A DNA stretch of 64,000 nucleotides from positions 9,514 to 73,513 of the forward strand of contig JBAZZA010000006.1 in NCBI GenBank assembly GCA_041659025.1, given 5' to 3'. Position numbers and translations under genes: made by a program. The notes under the pieces were generated by a model. It saw nothing but the letters and a program-made list of their open reading frames with translations. It was not told the DNA's origin and searched no databases. Each line of letters starts with the position of its first letter. Positions within the stretch are counted from its first letter, which is position 1. Of this stretch, positions 38,103 to 50,700 are shown piece by piece. The stretch comes from Bacteroidales bacterium. Its GTDB lineage: Bacteria > Bacteroidota > Bacteroidia > Bacteroidales > UBA932.

Positions 38103-41100
38103 TTAAAATGTAATATTAAGTCCAAGAGAAACAATCTTTGAAGGAATGTAGGTGTGGTCAGCAGTTCCGTTAAAGGTTTGTTGTGGATCCAGTCCCTTTC
38201 TTGCAGCAAACAGTGCAAGATTGTCACCTGTAGCATAAATTCTTACAGAGGCAATGTCAAGCTTTTTAAGCAGACTTGCAGGAAGGGTGTAACCTAAAGT
38301 TACGTTTCTCAATGAAAGGTAACTTGCACTTACCAACCAACGACTTGATGGAGAAGGAGGAGCAGTGTAAGCATTTTGCAATCTAGGAACATTTGTCTTA
38401 GTATTAGTTGGAGTCCAGCGACCAGCAATATCAACATGCATTGCAGAACCGAATGCACCCGGATGCATCAAAGCAGCATAGTTGGTATCGTAAATCTGAC
38501 CACCAAGCTGATATGTCATAAATACAGACAGGTCAAAACCGTATGCTCTGAATGTATTGGTGATACCACCATAAAGATCAGGAATAGACGATCCTTTGTA
38601 ATAATAAGATGCAGCATTCTGGTCCTTTGTAGTCTCTTTTCCTGTTACATTGCCATCAACGTCCTTAATGTCCTTGTAAAACAAAGCACTTCCATCAGTA
38701 GCATCTACACCTGCCCAATCGCGCAGCCAAAAATCAAAAATTGAGTGCCCAATAGAAAGTTTCTTTGTTCCTGAAATAATCTCCTGAGGTTTTCCAGCAG
38801 GGTCAAGAGGCATTTTTGTAATCTCATTCTTGTAGCCGGTCATATTTACATCCATTGTCCATTTGAAGTTGTTGGCTTTTACTATATCACCAGATAGTGT
38901 AACCTCAAAACCGTTGTTCTTCATTGTTCCGATATTTGCCCATTTTGTGCTGATACCAGTAGATTGAGGAAGTGGAACCTGGAATAGAAGATTGCTTGAT
39001 TGTCTTTGGAAGTATTCAACCTGACCACGTAATCTGTTCCATAAAGAGAATTCGATACCTACGTTAAGGTTAGCGTTTTTCTCCCACTTAAGATTTGGGT
39101 TAGGAAGCTGACTGTAAAGCGAACCATTGAAGTTACCGTTGTTTCTGTCGTCAATTGAATACAAACTCTGGTATCCATAGTAGTTTCCGATATCATCATT
39201 ACCCTGTTGGCCATATGATGCCTTGAATTTCAAATCATCAACGAAGTTAATATCTGCAAGGAAAGCCTCTTGTTTAAGTCTCCATGATGCACCAACTGAC
39301 CAGAAACCTCCCCAACGCGATTCACTTGAAAATCTTGAAGATCCATCATAACGATATGAACCTGAAAGGAAGTACTTGTTCATTAGTGAATAACTTGCCT
39401 GACCAAAATATCCTTCAAGAGTATAGATGTTCTTTGTTGAAGCAGAACCTTCTGCTACAGAGCCCGCTACAAGTTCGTTTGATAGAATCTTGAAGCCTGT
39501 TCTTGTTGCCCAAAGGTCATTGTTGTCGTATTGATAGTTTTCGTGACCGGCGAGAACGTTGATGTTATGTTCGCCGAATGTTTTGTTGTAGGTTAATACC
39601 TGGTTAAAAGTATATGATTTTGATTTGAAATACTCTTTAGTAGATCTTCCTGAAACACCTTCAGCATCACCGAACTGGTTGTTCTGATATACAGTGTAGT
39701 AAATATTACTCATATCTGTGCTGCCGGAAATTTTAAGAGAGAAGTCCTTAAGGAAAGTAAACTCGCCTGAAACCCTGGCAGATAGTTGGTTTCTGGTATT
39801 TGATCTGTTATCCAGAGGAAGAGTAACCATAAGGTTAGAATTTGGAGCATAAGGTCTTGTGTGACCGGCCCATTTATAAACCGATGATCCACCACCCATA
39901 TCATAAGCAGGAGAACCATCAGACATATTGATAATCTTGCCTTCTGCATCTCTCTGGTAAATAGGATAGATAGGTCCCATCATCCTTCCGTAGTAGAATG
40001 GGTTGGTTGTATAAGTACCTTCAGCAAGGAAATTTGACTGATTTGAAGACGAACCTGACAAGCTGGCTTCTGTCTTGAACCATTTGTTTATTTTTGAAGT
40101 TACACTTACACGACCGGTGAACCTGTCGTATTCTGACCATTTTACGTGACCTTTTTCATTGATGTAACCGAAAGAGGTGAAGTAAGTTGTATTTTCCACA
40201 CCACCATTTATGGCAACATTGTAATCTTGTCTGAGACCAGCTTGAGAAAGAGCGTCAATCCAGTCGTCCTGATACAGTAATTTTGCGCTTGCATTAAGCT
40301 TACCGTCAATTCCTACAACTTGGTCAGCAGCAACATTAAATGGATTGTAGTAACCTAATTTAGCTACAATACCGCTAGTAGTTGCTCCACTTGCCTGTGC
40401 GCGGGCAGCAGCGTCAGTCATACCACCGGCAATTACACGGGCGTTTTTCCAGCCTTCCCACATGTATTCATAGTATTCCTTAGGATTAACCCTGTCATAC
40501 TCCTGAATAGCCCTTGAGGTTGTACCGATATTGACTTTTGCAGTAACATTTGCTTTACCTACTTTACCTTTTTTAGTAGTTACCATTATAACGCCATTTG
40601 CACCACGAGCTCCATAAAGAGCAGCAGCAGCAGCATCTTTAAGTACGCTGATTGATTCGATGTCATCTGTTCCGATAGCATTGATATCACCATCGTAAGC
40701 AGCACCGTCAACAACATAAAGTGGAGTATTTGACGCATTTACTGAACCAATACCACGTATTCGGATTGAGGCAGAAGAACCGGGCTGACCCGAACCTCCT
40801 ACAACCTGAACCCCTGCAACTGCACCTGCAAGCGATTTGGTAAGGTTTGTCGACTGAATCTTTTCAATCTGTTCTTTTTTAACTACAGCAGCAGAACCAG
40901 TATAAGATGATCTCTTAACTGTTCCATAAGCAACTACAAGAACATCTTCCAGTAACATTGCATCTTGCTGTAATTTTACGTTGATAACGGAGAAATTACC
41001 AACTGTAACCAACTCTGTTTTCATACCAATAAAAGCGAACTCGAGTATTGCACCACGGGTTGCAGCTATTGTGTATTTTCCGTTCAGGTTTGTAACAGTT

Positions 41101-41255
41101 CCTGACGTTGTTCCCTGAATCCTGACTGATGCCCCGATAATAGGAGAACCATCAGTTGCATCAGTAACAGTTCCTGTCACCTGAAGAGTCTGTGCCGAGA
41201 GCACATTCCCAGCCACTAAAAGCAGTGTGGCGAGAAGTAATCTGATTTTTTTCAT
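38103..41255 (-). CDS. SusC/RagA-family TonB-dependent receptor
   Basis: An N-terminal carboxypeptidase-regulatory-like domain (GTVTDATDGSPIIGASVRIQGT), a plug, a large barrel and a C-terminal ...LGLNITF. Confidence 0.93.
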   Translation of the reverse strand: MKKIRLLLATLLLVAGNVLSAQTLQVTGTVTDATDGSPIIGASVRIQGTTSGTVTNLNGKYTIAATRGAILEFAFIGMKTELVTVGNFSVINVKLQQDAMLLEDVLVVAYGTVKRSSYTGSAAVVKKEQIEKIQSTNLTKSLAGAVAGVQVVGGSGQPGSSASIRIRGIGSVNASNTPLYVVDGAAYDGDINAIGTDDIESISVLKDAAAAALYGARGANGVIMVTTKKGKVGKANVTAKVNIGTTSRAIQEYDRVNPKEYYEYMWEGWKNARVIAGGMTDAAARAQASGATTSGIVAKLGYYNPFNVAADQVVGIDGKLNASAKLLYQDDWIDALSQAGLRQDYNVAINGGVENTTYFTSFGYINEKGHVKWSEYDRFTGRVSVTSKINKWFKTEASLSGSSSNQSNFLAEGTYTTNPFYYGRMMGPIYPIYQRDAEGKIINMSDGSPAYDMGGGSSVYKWAGHTRPYAPNSNLMVTLPLDNRSNTRNQLSARVSGEFTFLKDFSLKISGSTDMSNIYYTVYQNNQFGDAEGVSGRSTKEYFKSKSYTFNQVLTYNKTFGEHNINVLAGHENYQYDNNDLWATRTGFKILSNELVAGSVAEGSASTKNIYTLEGYFGQASYSLMNKYFLSGSYRYDGSSRFSSESRWGGFWSVGASWRLKQEAFLADINFVDDLKFKASYGQQGNDDIGNYYGYQSLYSIDDRNNGNFNGSLYSQLPNPNLKWEKNANLNVGIEFSLWNRLRGQVEYFQRQSSNLLFQVPLPQSTGISTKWANIGTMKNNGFEVTLSGDIVKANNFKWTMDVNMTGYKNEITKMPLDPAGKPQEIISGTKKLSIGHSIFDFWLRDWAGVDATDGSALFYKDIKDVDGNVTGKETTKDQNAASYYYKGSSIPDLYGGITNTFRAYGFDLSVFMTYQLGGQIYDTNYAALMHPGAFGSAMHVDIAGRWTPTNTKTNVPRLQNAYTAPPSPSSRWLVSASYLSLRNVTLGYTLPASLLKKLDIASVRIYATGDNLALFAARKGLDPQQTFNGTADHTYIPSKIVSLGLNITF

Positions 41256-41421
41256 TTAGATAAGTTTTGGTTAATAATTAAAAAATTTAGGTTTGTATAA
41301 AAAATAATCGTTTCAAATATTGGGAAATCCCCCTAATTTAAAAGGATTTGTATGCGAATATAAGAAAAATTTTTCTAAGTACAAACAGCCCATGAGCCAT
41401 AAACTGACAATATTTATCTTT

Positions 41422-41450
41422 TTTGATTAAACTATTTATAACTATTTTTG
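41422..41450 (+). promoter_or_regulatory. candidate promoter for the BACON/M64 lipoprotein gene
   Basis: TATTTTTG (41443-41450) fits TAnnTTTG and TTTG lies at 41422-41425. The -7 box overlaps the TTG start in the ORF track, which supports the ATG at 41484. Confidence 0.35.
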
Positions 41451-41483
41451 TCTAAATTCGTTTTACTAACAACAAATAGATGC

Positions 41484-43388
41484 ATGAAAATGAAAATCAA
41501 TATATTTATATTATCTTCTTTACTAATATCGCTTTTTTTAATAAGTTGTCAAAAAGATATACCTCCTACGCTTTCTTTATCGGCTAACCAGGCAGATGTT
41601 GCAAATTTTGACGGTAAAGTTGAAATTACTGTAACATCAAATACAAACTGGACCGCAACTATATCTGACATTTGGTGCACAATAACACCTAAAAGCGGCA
41701 ATGGTAATGGTGTTATTACTATAACAGCATCGGACAACTTCTCATCAGAATCAAGGACTGCCTCTCTTCAGGTAATTTGTCAGGAGCTAAAAAAAACAAC
41801 CGTTATTAGCCAGAGCTCTTCTCAGTTGACAGTGGATTCGGAGAATCTGGTTTTTGTAAGGGAGGCCGGTACCAAAACCTTAACAATATCTTCAAATACA
41901 AAATGGCAATTGGACATGTCGGCAACCGCTTCATGGCTAACGGCCAATATAACAAATGGCGAAGGTAACGGAGTCGTTAATTTTACAGTTCCGGCAAATA
42001 CAGCAGGTCCATCAAGGGCCACAACCGTAATCATCAAGTATGGTTCTACTCAGAAAGTGATTAATGTGTCGCAGAACAAGAGCCAGAATACTGCTCCGAC
42101 TACTCCGGCCACATTGACTCCGGCAGACAGGGCAACAAACGCTAAGACAATCCCCGGATTCACATGGACTGCGTCTACAGATCTTGATAATGACCCTATA
42201 ACATATACTGTGTCATTTTCAAAAGACAATGTTAACTGGACGGATGTCACAACTACAGTAACATCATTATATATAAAATCACATCTTAGTGAGAATACAC
42301 TCTATAGCTGGAAGGTAAAGGCAACCGATTCCGAGGGTGCCTCTTCCACATCCGCTGTTGCTACATTCACTACAGGCCTTAAAAGCGGGTATGCCGACGG
42401 CGAGTACAGGATTCACTTAAATTCAGCATTAGGTGTAAATGGAAAGGCAGCAGAGATATTGTTTCTTGGAGATGGCTACACAGCTGCAGATTTTCAGGAG
42501 GGCGGACTCTTTGAACAGAACATAACAGAGGGTATAGACCACTTTTTTAGTATAGAGCCATACAAGAGCTACAAAAATTACTTCAGGGTGTACAAACAGG
42601 CAGCATATTCAAACAATAGCGGGGTTACACAGGTAGATAAGAACATTACAAAAAATACGGCTTTCAGCTCAAGCTTCAATGGAGGGTCATCAATCTCTGC
42701 AAATAATGATGAGGTATTCCGATATGCGAAAATGATTCCCGGTGTAGATGATGCCAGGCTTAAAAAGATGCTGATTATACTGGTCATCAATCAGGACAGA
42801 TATGCAGGAACCACTTTCATGTGGAGTGATGGAACTGCAGTGGCACTTTGCCCTGTAAGCAAGTCGGCCTCGGAGGGTAGCAAGTTTAAGAATGTAATAT
42901 GGCATGAAGCAGGTGGACACGGATTCGGAGGATTGGGTGACGAGTATATTAATTTCACTAATCAGACATTGCCGGCTGCGAACAAAACAGAGGCAATCAA
43001 CTGGAGTAGTTATGGATTTTTTGCCAATATAGAGGTGACATCAGATTCAACAACTGTCAAATGGAAACACTTCTTCAAGAGACAGGGATATGACGAAAAA
43101 ATGGGAGGAAGGGTCGGAATCTATCAGGGAGCTTATTACTACTCATTCGGTGCCTGGAGACCTGAAGTCTCGAGTTGTATGATACACAACGAACAATATT
43201 ACAATGCGCCAAGCAGGGAGGCAATGGTTAGGAAAATTCTTACAAACTCCGGTTATACATACGATCTGGACGAATTTATACGGCTGGATGTACAGAAGAT
43301 GCCTGTAAATGCCGCAATGATTTATACAAAGAGTGTGAATCCGTTGTTGTTTGTTCCGCTCGCTCCTCCTGTTTTTATTAGGAGATAA
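41484..43388 (+). CDS. surface lipoprotein with two BACON domains, an Fn3-like domain and an M64 (IgA-peptidase-like) metallopeptidase domain
   Basis: A lipobox (LFLISCQ), BACON-like repeats (NWTATISDIWCTITPKSGNGNGVITITA and KWQLDMSATASWLTANITNGEGNGVVNFTV), an Fn3-like segment and a C-terminal HEAGGHGFGGLGDEY zinc-site-like motif. Confidence 0.75.
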   Translation: MKMKINIFILSSLLISLFLISCQKDIPPTLSLSANQADVANFDGKVEITVTSNTNWTATISDIWCTITPKSGNGNGVITITASDNFSSESRTASLQVICQELKKTTVISQSSSQLTVDSENLVFVREAGTKTLTISSNTKWQLDMSATASWLTANITNGEGNGVVNFTVPANTAGPSRATTVIIKYGSTQKVINVSQNKSQNTAPTTPATLTPADRATNAKTIPGFTWTASTDLDNDPITYTVSFSKDNVNWTDVTTTVTSLYIKSHLSENTLYSWKVKATDSEGASSTSAVATFTTGLKSGYADGEYRIHLNSALGVNGKAAEILFLGDGYTAADFQEGGLFEQNITEGIDHFFSIEPYKSYKNYFRVYKQAAYSNNSGVTQVDKNITKNTAFSSSFNGGSSISANNDEVFRYAKMIPGVDDARLKKMLIILVINQDRYAGTTFMWSDGTAVALCPVSKSASEGSKFKNVIWHEAGGHGFGGLGDEYINFTNQTLPAANKTEAINWSSYGFFANIEVTSDSTTVKWKHFFKRQGYDEKMGGRVGIYQGAYYYSFGAWRPEVSSCMIHNEQYYNAPSREAMVRKILTNSGYTYDLDEFIRLDVQKMPVNAAMIYTKSVNPLLFVPLAPPVFIRR

Positions 43389-43425
43389 TTATGCCAACGA
43401 AGAGAAATATCTGATAATGATAAAT

Positions 43426-43458
43426 AAAAAGGCCGGTTCAATTTGAACCGGCCTTCTT
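43426..43458. terminator. bidirectional terminator between the M64 gene and rpoC
   Basis: GGCCGGTTCA (43431-43440) pairs with TGAACCGGCC (43444-43453) across a 3-nt loop. An A-run lies upstream and TTCTT downstream. Confidence 0.75.
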
Positions 43459-43484
43459 ACACCAAAAATTTGTTTGTACTTAAC

Positions 43485-46400
43485 TTACTCTTTTTTACTT
43501 TTAACCATCCTCTGATAGTCATCCATAGAAGCTACAATAACCTTTTCAAACTCTCTGGTTCCGGTACCTGCTGGAATTAAGTGTCCGCAAATAACGTTCT
43601 CCTTGAGTCCTTCCAGATAATCTTTCTTTCCATGGATCGCTGCTTCACTCAGAACCTTTGTAGTTTCCTGGAATGATGCAGCAGACATGAAGCTGGTTGT
43701 GCGAAGAGCGGCGCGTGTTATACCCTGAAGTATCTGATTTGATGTAGCAGGCATTGCGTCACGAGCTTCAACTGTCTTAAGGTCCTTACGTTTAAGTATT
43801 GAGTTTTCGTCGCGAAGTCTGCGAACAGTAACTATTTGACCCGGTTTTAATTCGGCAGAATCACCTGCGTCAAGAATAACCTTTTTGTCATATATATTGT
43901 CGTTTTCATGCATGAAGTCCCATCTGTCCACAAGTTGTTCAGGCAAGAAGCGGGTATCGCCCGGATCTACTATCTCAAGCTTGCGCATCATCTGACGGAC
44001 AATTATCTCAAAATGCTTGTCATTGATCTTCACACCCTGCATACGGTAAACCTCCTGAATTTCGTTCACGATATATTCCTGAACCTTTGTCGGACCCTGG
44101 ATTGCAAGAATATCTGTAGGAGAGATAGCACCATCGGAAAGAGGCATACCTGCTCTTACATAGTCGTTCTCCTGTACCAGAATCTGTTTTGAAAGTGGAA
44201 CCGAGTAGCGTTTCTCTTCTCCAGTCTTGGATCTGATAACGATTTCGCGGTTACCTCTCTTGATTTTGCCCATAAGGATTTCACCGTTTATTTCGGCAAC
44301 GATTGCCGGGTTAGACGGGTTGCGGGCTTCAAACAGTTCAGTTACACGAGGAAGACCACCTGTGATGTCACCCGACTTACCGATAGCTCTTGGAATCTTT
44401 ACTAGAATATCACCAATCTTTACCCTTTTCCCATTTTCAACCATGATATGAGCTCCAACAGGCAGGTTGTACTGCTTGAGGTCAATCTTGTCATCCATAA
44501 TCTTAATGGTAGGGTTCTTCGATTTATCGCGGGATTCAATAACCACCTTCTCTTTGTGCAGTGAGTATTCATCGGCTGCCTCTTCTCTGTATGTGACACC
44601 TTCTATAAGACTGTCAAATACAGCTTTACCGGCAGTCTCAGCAATGGTTACTGCATTGTATGCATCCCATTCGCAAATCTTGTCACCCTTTTTAACATGG
44701 TCACTATCCTTAAAATAAAGTGTTGCACCATAAGGTACAAACTGCTGTGAAAGAGTAATTCCTGTATTATGGTCAACAATACGCATTTCAGCTGTACGGC
44801 CTATGACAACCTCTTGAAGGCCGCCGTCGGCTACTCTTGATATTGTACGGAGCTCGTCAAATTCAAGACGACCATCATATCTTGCAATGATCTCATTTTC
44901 CGACGCAATGCTTGATGCTGTACCACCGACGTGGAATGTTCTTAGTGTCAACTGTGTACCAGGTTCACCAATAGATTGAGCAGCAATTACACCAACAACT
45001 TCACCCTTCTGAACCATTCTACCGGTGGAGAGGTTACGTCCGTAACATTTTGCGCATGCACCTTTACGTGACTCGCATGTAAGTACCGAACGGATTTCTA
45101 CCTGTTCGATTGGAAGTGACTGTATAAGTGAAGCAACATCTTCTGTTATCTGTTCTCCTGCTTCAATGACCCTGTCACCTGTGAGTGGATTGTAAATATC
45201 ATGAACCGAAGTTCTTCCAAGAATTCTGTCATACAGCGATTCTACAATCTCATCCTTATTCTTTATTGCTGTTGCCACAAGACCGCGAAGTGTCCCGCAG
45301 TCATCCTCATTGATAATCACATCATGCGATACGTCAACAAGACGGCGGGTAAGGTAACCTGCATCGGCTGTTTTAAGAGCTGTATCGGCAAGACCCTTTC
45401 TGGCTCCGTGGGTAGATATAAAGTACTCAAGAACGGAAAGACCCTCCTTGAAGTTGGATAAGATTGGATTCTCGATAATCTCGGCACTTGATGATCCTGA
45501 TTTCTGAGGCTTGGCCATAAGACCACGCATACCTGAGAGCTGACGGATCTGCTCTTTTGATCCACGGGCACCTGAGTGAAGCATCATATAAACAGGATTG
45601 AATCCCTGATTGTCTTCTGCAATCCTCTTCTCTACTATGTTTGTAAGTCTTGAGTTGGTGGTTGTCCAGATATCAATAATCTGATTATATCTCTCATTGT
45701 TGGTTATAAGACCATTATTGTATGAGAACATGATGTTCTCTACTGCTTTGTAACCCTCTTCAACAAGTCCCTGTTTTTCTGCAGGAATGATAACATCATC
45801 CAGATTGAAGGAGAGTCCTCCCCTGAACGCCATCATGTAACCTATCTCTTTGATATCGTCAAGGAACTGTGCGGTTCTTGCCACTCCGGCTACCTTAAGC
45901 ACATTTCCGATAATATCCCTTAAAGATTTTTTTGTCAAAACCTCGTTTATATAACCAACTTCCTTTGGAACAACCTGGTTGAACAAGATTCTTCCGGCAG
46001 TAGTTTTTCTAAGTGCATAACCTTTTGACAGATCCATAAAGTCTATTGGTAACCTCACCTCAATCTCGGCATGAAGACCTAATCTACCTTCGTTGTTGCC
46101 AATGACAACCTCTTCCGGACCATAGAACTTCATTCCCTCACCTTTTACTCCCGGACGCGATTTGGTAATATAATAAAGACCAAGAACCATGTCCTGTGAA
46201 GGTACGGTGATAGGGGCTCCGTTGGCAGGGTTCAGAATGTTGTGAGAACCAAGCATAAGAAGCTGTGCTTCAAGGATTGCTGCATTGCCTAACGGCAGGT
46301 GGACAGCCATCTGGTCACCGTCAAAGTCGGCGTTGAACGCTGTACATGAAAGAGGATGCAGTTGAATAGCCTTTCCCTCTATCAGTTTAGGCTGGAAAGC

Positions 46401-47741
46401 CTGAATACCGAGTCTGTGCAGGGTAGGGGCACGGTTCAGCAGAACAGGGTGACCCTTCATTACATTCTCAAGAATATCCCATATTACTGGATCTTTCCTG
46501 TCTACGATTTTCTTTGCAGATTTTACTGTCTTTACAATTCCCCTTTCAATCAGTTTTCTGATTACAAATGGTTTGAAAAGTTCTGCCGCCATATCTTTTG
46601 GAATACCGCACTCATGCATCTTTAACTCGGGTCCAACAACAATTACGGAACGTGCCGAGTAGTCTACCCTTTTACCTAAAAGGTTCTGACGGAAACGTCC
46701 TTGTTTACCTTTTAAGCTGTCGGATAAAGACTTAAGTGTACGATTTGCCTCTGTTTTAACAGCATTGGACTTACGTGAGTTGTCGAAAAGTGAATCGACT
46801 GCTTCCTGAAGCATCCTCTTCTCATTCCTGAGAATAACCTCCGGAGCCTTAATCTCGATAAGTCTCTTTAATCGGTTATTGCGTATGATTACCCTGCGGT
46901 AAAGGTCGTTCAGGTCGGATGTTGCAAAGCGACCTCCATCCAATGGAACTAAAGGACGAAGTTCAGGAGGAATAACAGGGATGACTTTCATAATCATCCA
47001 TTCAGGATTATTTATCTCCCTTGATTCGCGGAAGGCTTCAACTACACTTAATCTCTTTAGCGCATCAGCTTTTCTTTGCTGCGATGTTTCGGTTTCAGTC
47101 TTGTGTCTGAGTTCATAAGATAGTTCGTCAAGGTTTATTCTTGCTAACATCTTATAAATGGCATCGGCGCCCATTCCTGCAAGGAATTTGTTGGGATCCA
47201 TATCGTCCAGCAACTGGTTCTCTCTTGGAAGGGAATCAAGGATATTAAGATACTCGTCTTCTGTAAGGAAGTCATTTGTCTTAATACCATCTTTCTCTTT
47301 TATACCCGGCTGTATTACAACGTAGCGCTCATAATAGATAATACCCTCCAGTTTTTTGGAAGGGATACCAAGAAGATATCCTATCTTGTTTGGAGTTGAG
47401 CGAAAGTACCAGATATGAGCAACCGGTACAGTAAGGTTTATATGACCCATTCTCTCGCGACGTACCTTTTTCTCAGTTACTTCAACACCACATCGGTCAC
47501 AAATAATTCCACGATAGCGGATTCTCTTGTATTTTCCGCAATGACATTCATAGTCCTTGTAAGGACCAAAAATCCGCTCGCAGAAGAGACCATCCCTCTC
47601 TGGCTTATAGGTACGATAGTTTACTGTTTCTGGCTTTAAGACTTCACCTGAGGATTTCTCAAGGATCTCCTCCGGCGAAGCTAAGCCTATAGTAATTTGG
47701 TTGAAATTGCTTTTAACCTTAATCTCTTTTTTGAAAGACAT
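43485..47741 (-). CDS. rpoC: DNA-directed RNA polymerase beta' subunit
   Basis: 1418 aa with the [12 protein letters not shown] catalytic motif and a zinc-binding CHCGKY...CDRCG segment. Confidence 0.98.
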   Translation of the reverse strand: MSFKKEIKVKSNFNQITIGLASPEEILEKSSGEVLKPETVNYRTYKPERDGLFCERIFGPYKDYECHCGKYKRIRYRGIICDRCGVEVTEKKVRRERMGHINLTVPVAHIWYFRSTPNKIGYLLGIPSKKLEGIIYYERYVVIQPGIKEKDGIKTNDFLTEDEYLNILDSLPRENQLLDDMDPNKFLAGMGADAIYKMLARINLDELSYELRHKTETETSQQRKADALKRLSVVEAFRESREINNPEWMIMKVIPVIPPELRPLVPLDGGRFATSDLNDLYRRVIIRNNRLKRLIEIKAPEVILRNEKRMLQEAVDSLFDNSRKSNAVKTEANRTLKSLSDSLKGKQGRFRQNLLGKRVDYSARSVIVVGPELKMHECGIPKDMAAELFKPFVIRKLIERGIVKTVKSAKKIVDRKDPVIWDILENVMKGHPVLLNRAPTLHRLGIQAFQPKLIEGKAIQLHPLSCTAFNADFDGDQMAVHLPLGNAAILEAQLLMLGSHNILNPANGAPITVPSQDMVLGLYYITKSRPGVKGEGMKFYGPEEVVIGNNEGRLGLHAEIEVRLPIDFMDLSKGYALRKTTAGRILFNQVVPKEVGYINEVLTKKSLRDIIGNVLKVAGVARTAQFLDDIKEIGYMMAFRGGLSFNLDDVIIPAEKQGLVEEGYKAVENIMFSYNNGLITNNERYNQIIDIWTTTNSRLTNIVEKRIAEDNQGFNPVYMMLHSGARGSKEQIRQLSGMRGLMAKPQKSGSSSAEIIENPILSNFKEGLSVLEYFISTHGARKGLADTALKTADAGYLTRRLVDVSHDVIINEDDCGTLRGLVATAIKNKDEIVESLYDRILGRTSVHDIYNPLTGDRVIEAGEQITEDVASLIQSLPIEQVEIRSVLTCESRKGACAKCYGRNLSTGRMVQKGEVVGVIAAQSIGEPGTQLTLRTFHVGGTASSIASENEIIARYDGRLEFDELRTISRVADGGLQEVVIGRTAEMRIVDHNTGITLSQQFVPYGATLYFKDSDHVKKGDKICEWDAYNAVTIAETAGKAVFDSLIEGVTYREEAADEYSLHKEKVVIESRDKSKNPTIKIMDDKIDLKQYNLPVGAHIMVENGKRVKIGDILVKIPRAIGKSGDITGGLPRVTELFEARNPSNPAIVAEINGEILMGKIKRGNREIVIRSKTGEEKRYSVPLSKQILVQENDYVRAGMPLSDGAISPTDILAIQGPTKVQEYIVNEIQEVYRMQGVKINDKHFEIIVRQMMRKLEIVDPGDTRFLPEQLVDRWDFMHENDNIYDKKVILDAGDSAELKPGQIVTVRRLRDENSILKRKDLKTVEARDAMPATSNQILQGITRAALRTTSFMSAASFQETTKVLSEAAIHGKKDYLEGLKENVICGHLIPAGTGTREFEKVIVASMDDYQRMVKSKKE

Positions 47742-47779
47742 ATTATTGTGTTATCAAATTTTCAAATACTATTAACAAA

Positions 47780-50700
47780 TTAGTCCAGTGTAACGCTGAG
47801 CCCGAGACCACGCAGTTCATGCAGCAACACGTTCAATGACTCCGGTATGCCAGGTGTCGGCATAGGGTCGCCCTTTACAATTGCTTCATAAGCTCTTGAT
47901 CTGCCAACTACGTCGTCAGACTTGATTGTAAGGATCTCCTGAAGGATATTGGCAGCTCCAAATGCTTCAAGTGCCCATACCTCCATCTCTCCAAATCTCT
48001 GACCACCAAATTGTGCTTTACCACCAAGCGGTTGTTGAGTAATAAGAGAGTAAGGACCAATTGAACGGGCGTGCATTTTGTCATCAACCATGTGTCCGAG
48101 TTTAAGCATGTAGATCACACCTACAGTTGCAGGCTGGTCAAACAGTTCCCCTGTTCCACCGTCCCTCAGGTATGATTTTCCAAATCTTGGAACACCTGCC
48201 TTGCTGGTGAAGTCACAGATCTCGTCCAGTGTTGCTCCGTCAAAGATAGGAGTGCTGAAACGTTGACCTAGTTCCACCCCGGCCCAACCCAGAACAGTTT
48301 CGTAAATCTGACCAAGGTTCATACGGGAAGGTACACCTAATGGGTTAAGTACGATATCTACAGTAGTACCGTCTTCCAGGAAAGGCATATCCTCGTCTCT
48401 TACAACTTTGGCTACAATACCTTTGTTTCCGTGACGTCCTGCCATTTTATCTCCAACCTTGATCTTTCTCTTTTTGGCAACGTATACCTTAGCCAATTGC
48501 ATTATGCCTGTTGGCAGCTCGTCACCAATTGTAAGATTGTACTTGATTCTCTTAAGCTCGGCATCATACTCCTTGTGTGCAATAAGATAATTGTTTATCA
48601 GTTGCTTGATAAGGTTGTTTGTATTTTTGTCTGCTGTCCACTTGACAGGATTGATGTTTTCGTAATCAATCTTTTCAATTACATCATATTTGAAATCAGC
48701 ATTCTTGCCAATGATTTCAACGCCATAAAGGTCGCTTATACCCTGAGAGGCTTTTCCTTCAAGAATTGAGAAGAGTCTTTCGAGGAAGTTCTGACGAAGA
48801 ATTGCTGCTTTTCTGTTAAAGTTCTCTTCTGCGTGCTGTATCTGATTTTTGGAAACAGATTTTCCTTTCTTGTTGTTCTCTTTTGCTACTCTTGAGAATA
48901 GTCTCTTATCTATTATAGTTCCTCTCAATGAAGGAGATGCTTTTAAAGAAGCATCCTTAACATCACCGGCTTTATCGCCAAAGATGGCCCTGAGCAGTTT
49001 CTCTTCCGGAGAAGGGTCACTTTCGCCTTTAGGGGTAATCTTGCCGATAAGGATATCACCAGGTTCGATGTTTGCACCTATTCTTATAATTCCGTTTTCG
49101 TCAAGATCTTTGGTTGCCTCTTCGCTTACATTAGGAATGTCCGATGTGAGTTCCTCCATACCACGTTTGGTATCGCGGACCTCCATTATATATTCGTCAA
49201 CATGTATAGAAGTAAAAACGTCCTCTCTCAAAAGTCTTTCAGACAAAACTATTGCATCTTCAAAGTTATATCCCTTCCATGGCATGAATGCCACTTTAAG
49301 ATTGCGTCCCAGAGCAAGTTCGCCATTCTGGGTTGCGTATCCGTCTGTCATTATCTGACCTCCAATAACTTTATCTCCCTTTCTTACAATTGGCTTAAGG
49401 GTTATTGATGTGTTCTGATTTGTCTTTCTGTAAAGCGGAAGCTTGTATACTGTTATTTCAGGATCGAAACTTACAAACCTTTCGCTTTCTGTCTGTTCGT
49501 ATCTTATGTGAATTTCACGGGCATCTACATATACAACCTCGCCCTTGCCTCTGGCATTGATCTGGGTCCTCGAGTCTTTTACAACCGGCCCCTCTAGACC
49601 TGTACCTACAATTGGAGCTTCAGGCTTGATAAGCGGAACTGCCTGGCGCATCATGTTTGATCCCATCAAAGCACGGTTAGCGTCGTCATGCTCCAGGAAA
49701 GGAATCAGCGATGCAGCTATTGAAGCAATCTGGTTAGGCGATACGTCAACAAGGTTGACATCCTCTTTACCAACTACCGGATAGTCTGCTTCAAAACGGC
49801 ATTTGATCCTCTCGTCGGTCATGTTCCCGTTTTCGTCTATATGAACGTTTGCCTGAGCCACCATCTTCTCCTCTTCCTCCTCTGCACTCATGTAAACGCA
49901 ACCTTTAACAGTCATGTCCACAACACCGTTTTCCACCTTGCGGTAGGGGGTCTCGATGAATCCAAGGTCGTTGATCTTTGCATAAACGCAAAGAGACGAT
50001 ATAAGACCGATGTTTGGTCCCTCAGGAGTTTCAATAGGACACAGACGGCCATAGTGGGTATAGTGAACGTCACGAACCTCAAAACCTGCTCTGTCTCTGG
50101 AAAGACCTCCTGGTCCCAAAGCTGAAAGACGACGCTTGTGGGTCATCTCTGCAAGAGGATTGGTCTGGTCCATGAACTGTGACAGCTGACTGGTGCCAAA
50201 AAACGAGTTGATTACGGATGACAACGTCTTTGCGTTAATAAGGTCTATAGGAGTGAAAACCTCATTGTCCCTTACATTCATCCTCTCCCTTATAGTACGT
50301 GCCATACGAGAAAGACCTACACTGAACTGATTGGCCAGTTGTTCTCCAACTGTTCTGATACGACGGTTACTCAAGTGGTCAATATCATCAACAGTTGCTT
50401 TTGAGTTGATCAGCTGGATAAGGTAACGTATAATCTCAATAATATCTGCTTTGGTCAAAACCCTGGTTTCATCAGGAGTTGTAAGATTAAGTTTATGATT
50501 CAACCTGTATCTTCCTACCTCTCCAAGGTCATATCTCTTGTCCGAAAAGAATAATTTGTCAATGACATCTCTGGCTGTTGCCTCATCTGGTGGTTCAGAG
50601 TTACGAAGCTGTCTGTATGTGTAGAAAACGGCCTCTTTCTCAGAGTTACACTGGTCTTTCTGTAATGTATTATGTATAATGGCGAAATCACTGATGTTAG

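Noticed and set aside
41448-41483. A TTG start for the BACON/M64 lipoprotein as given in the ORF track
   Set aside because: It overlaps the TATTTTTG -7-like box. The ATG at 41484 gives a normal lipoprotein signal peptide (MKMKINIFILSSLLISLFLISC).
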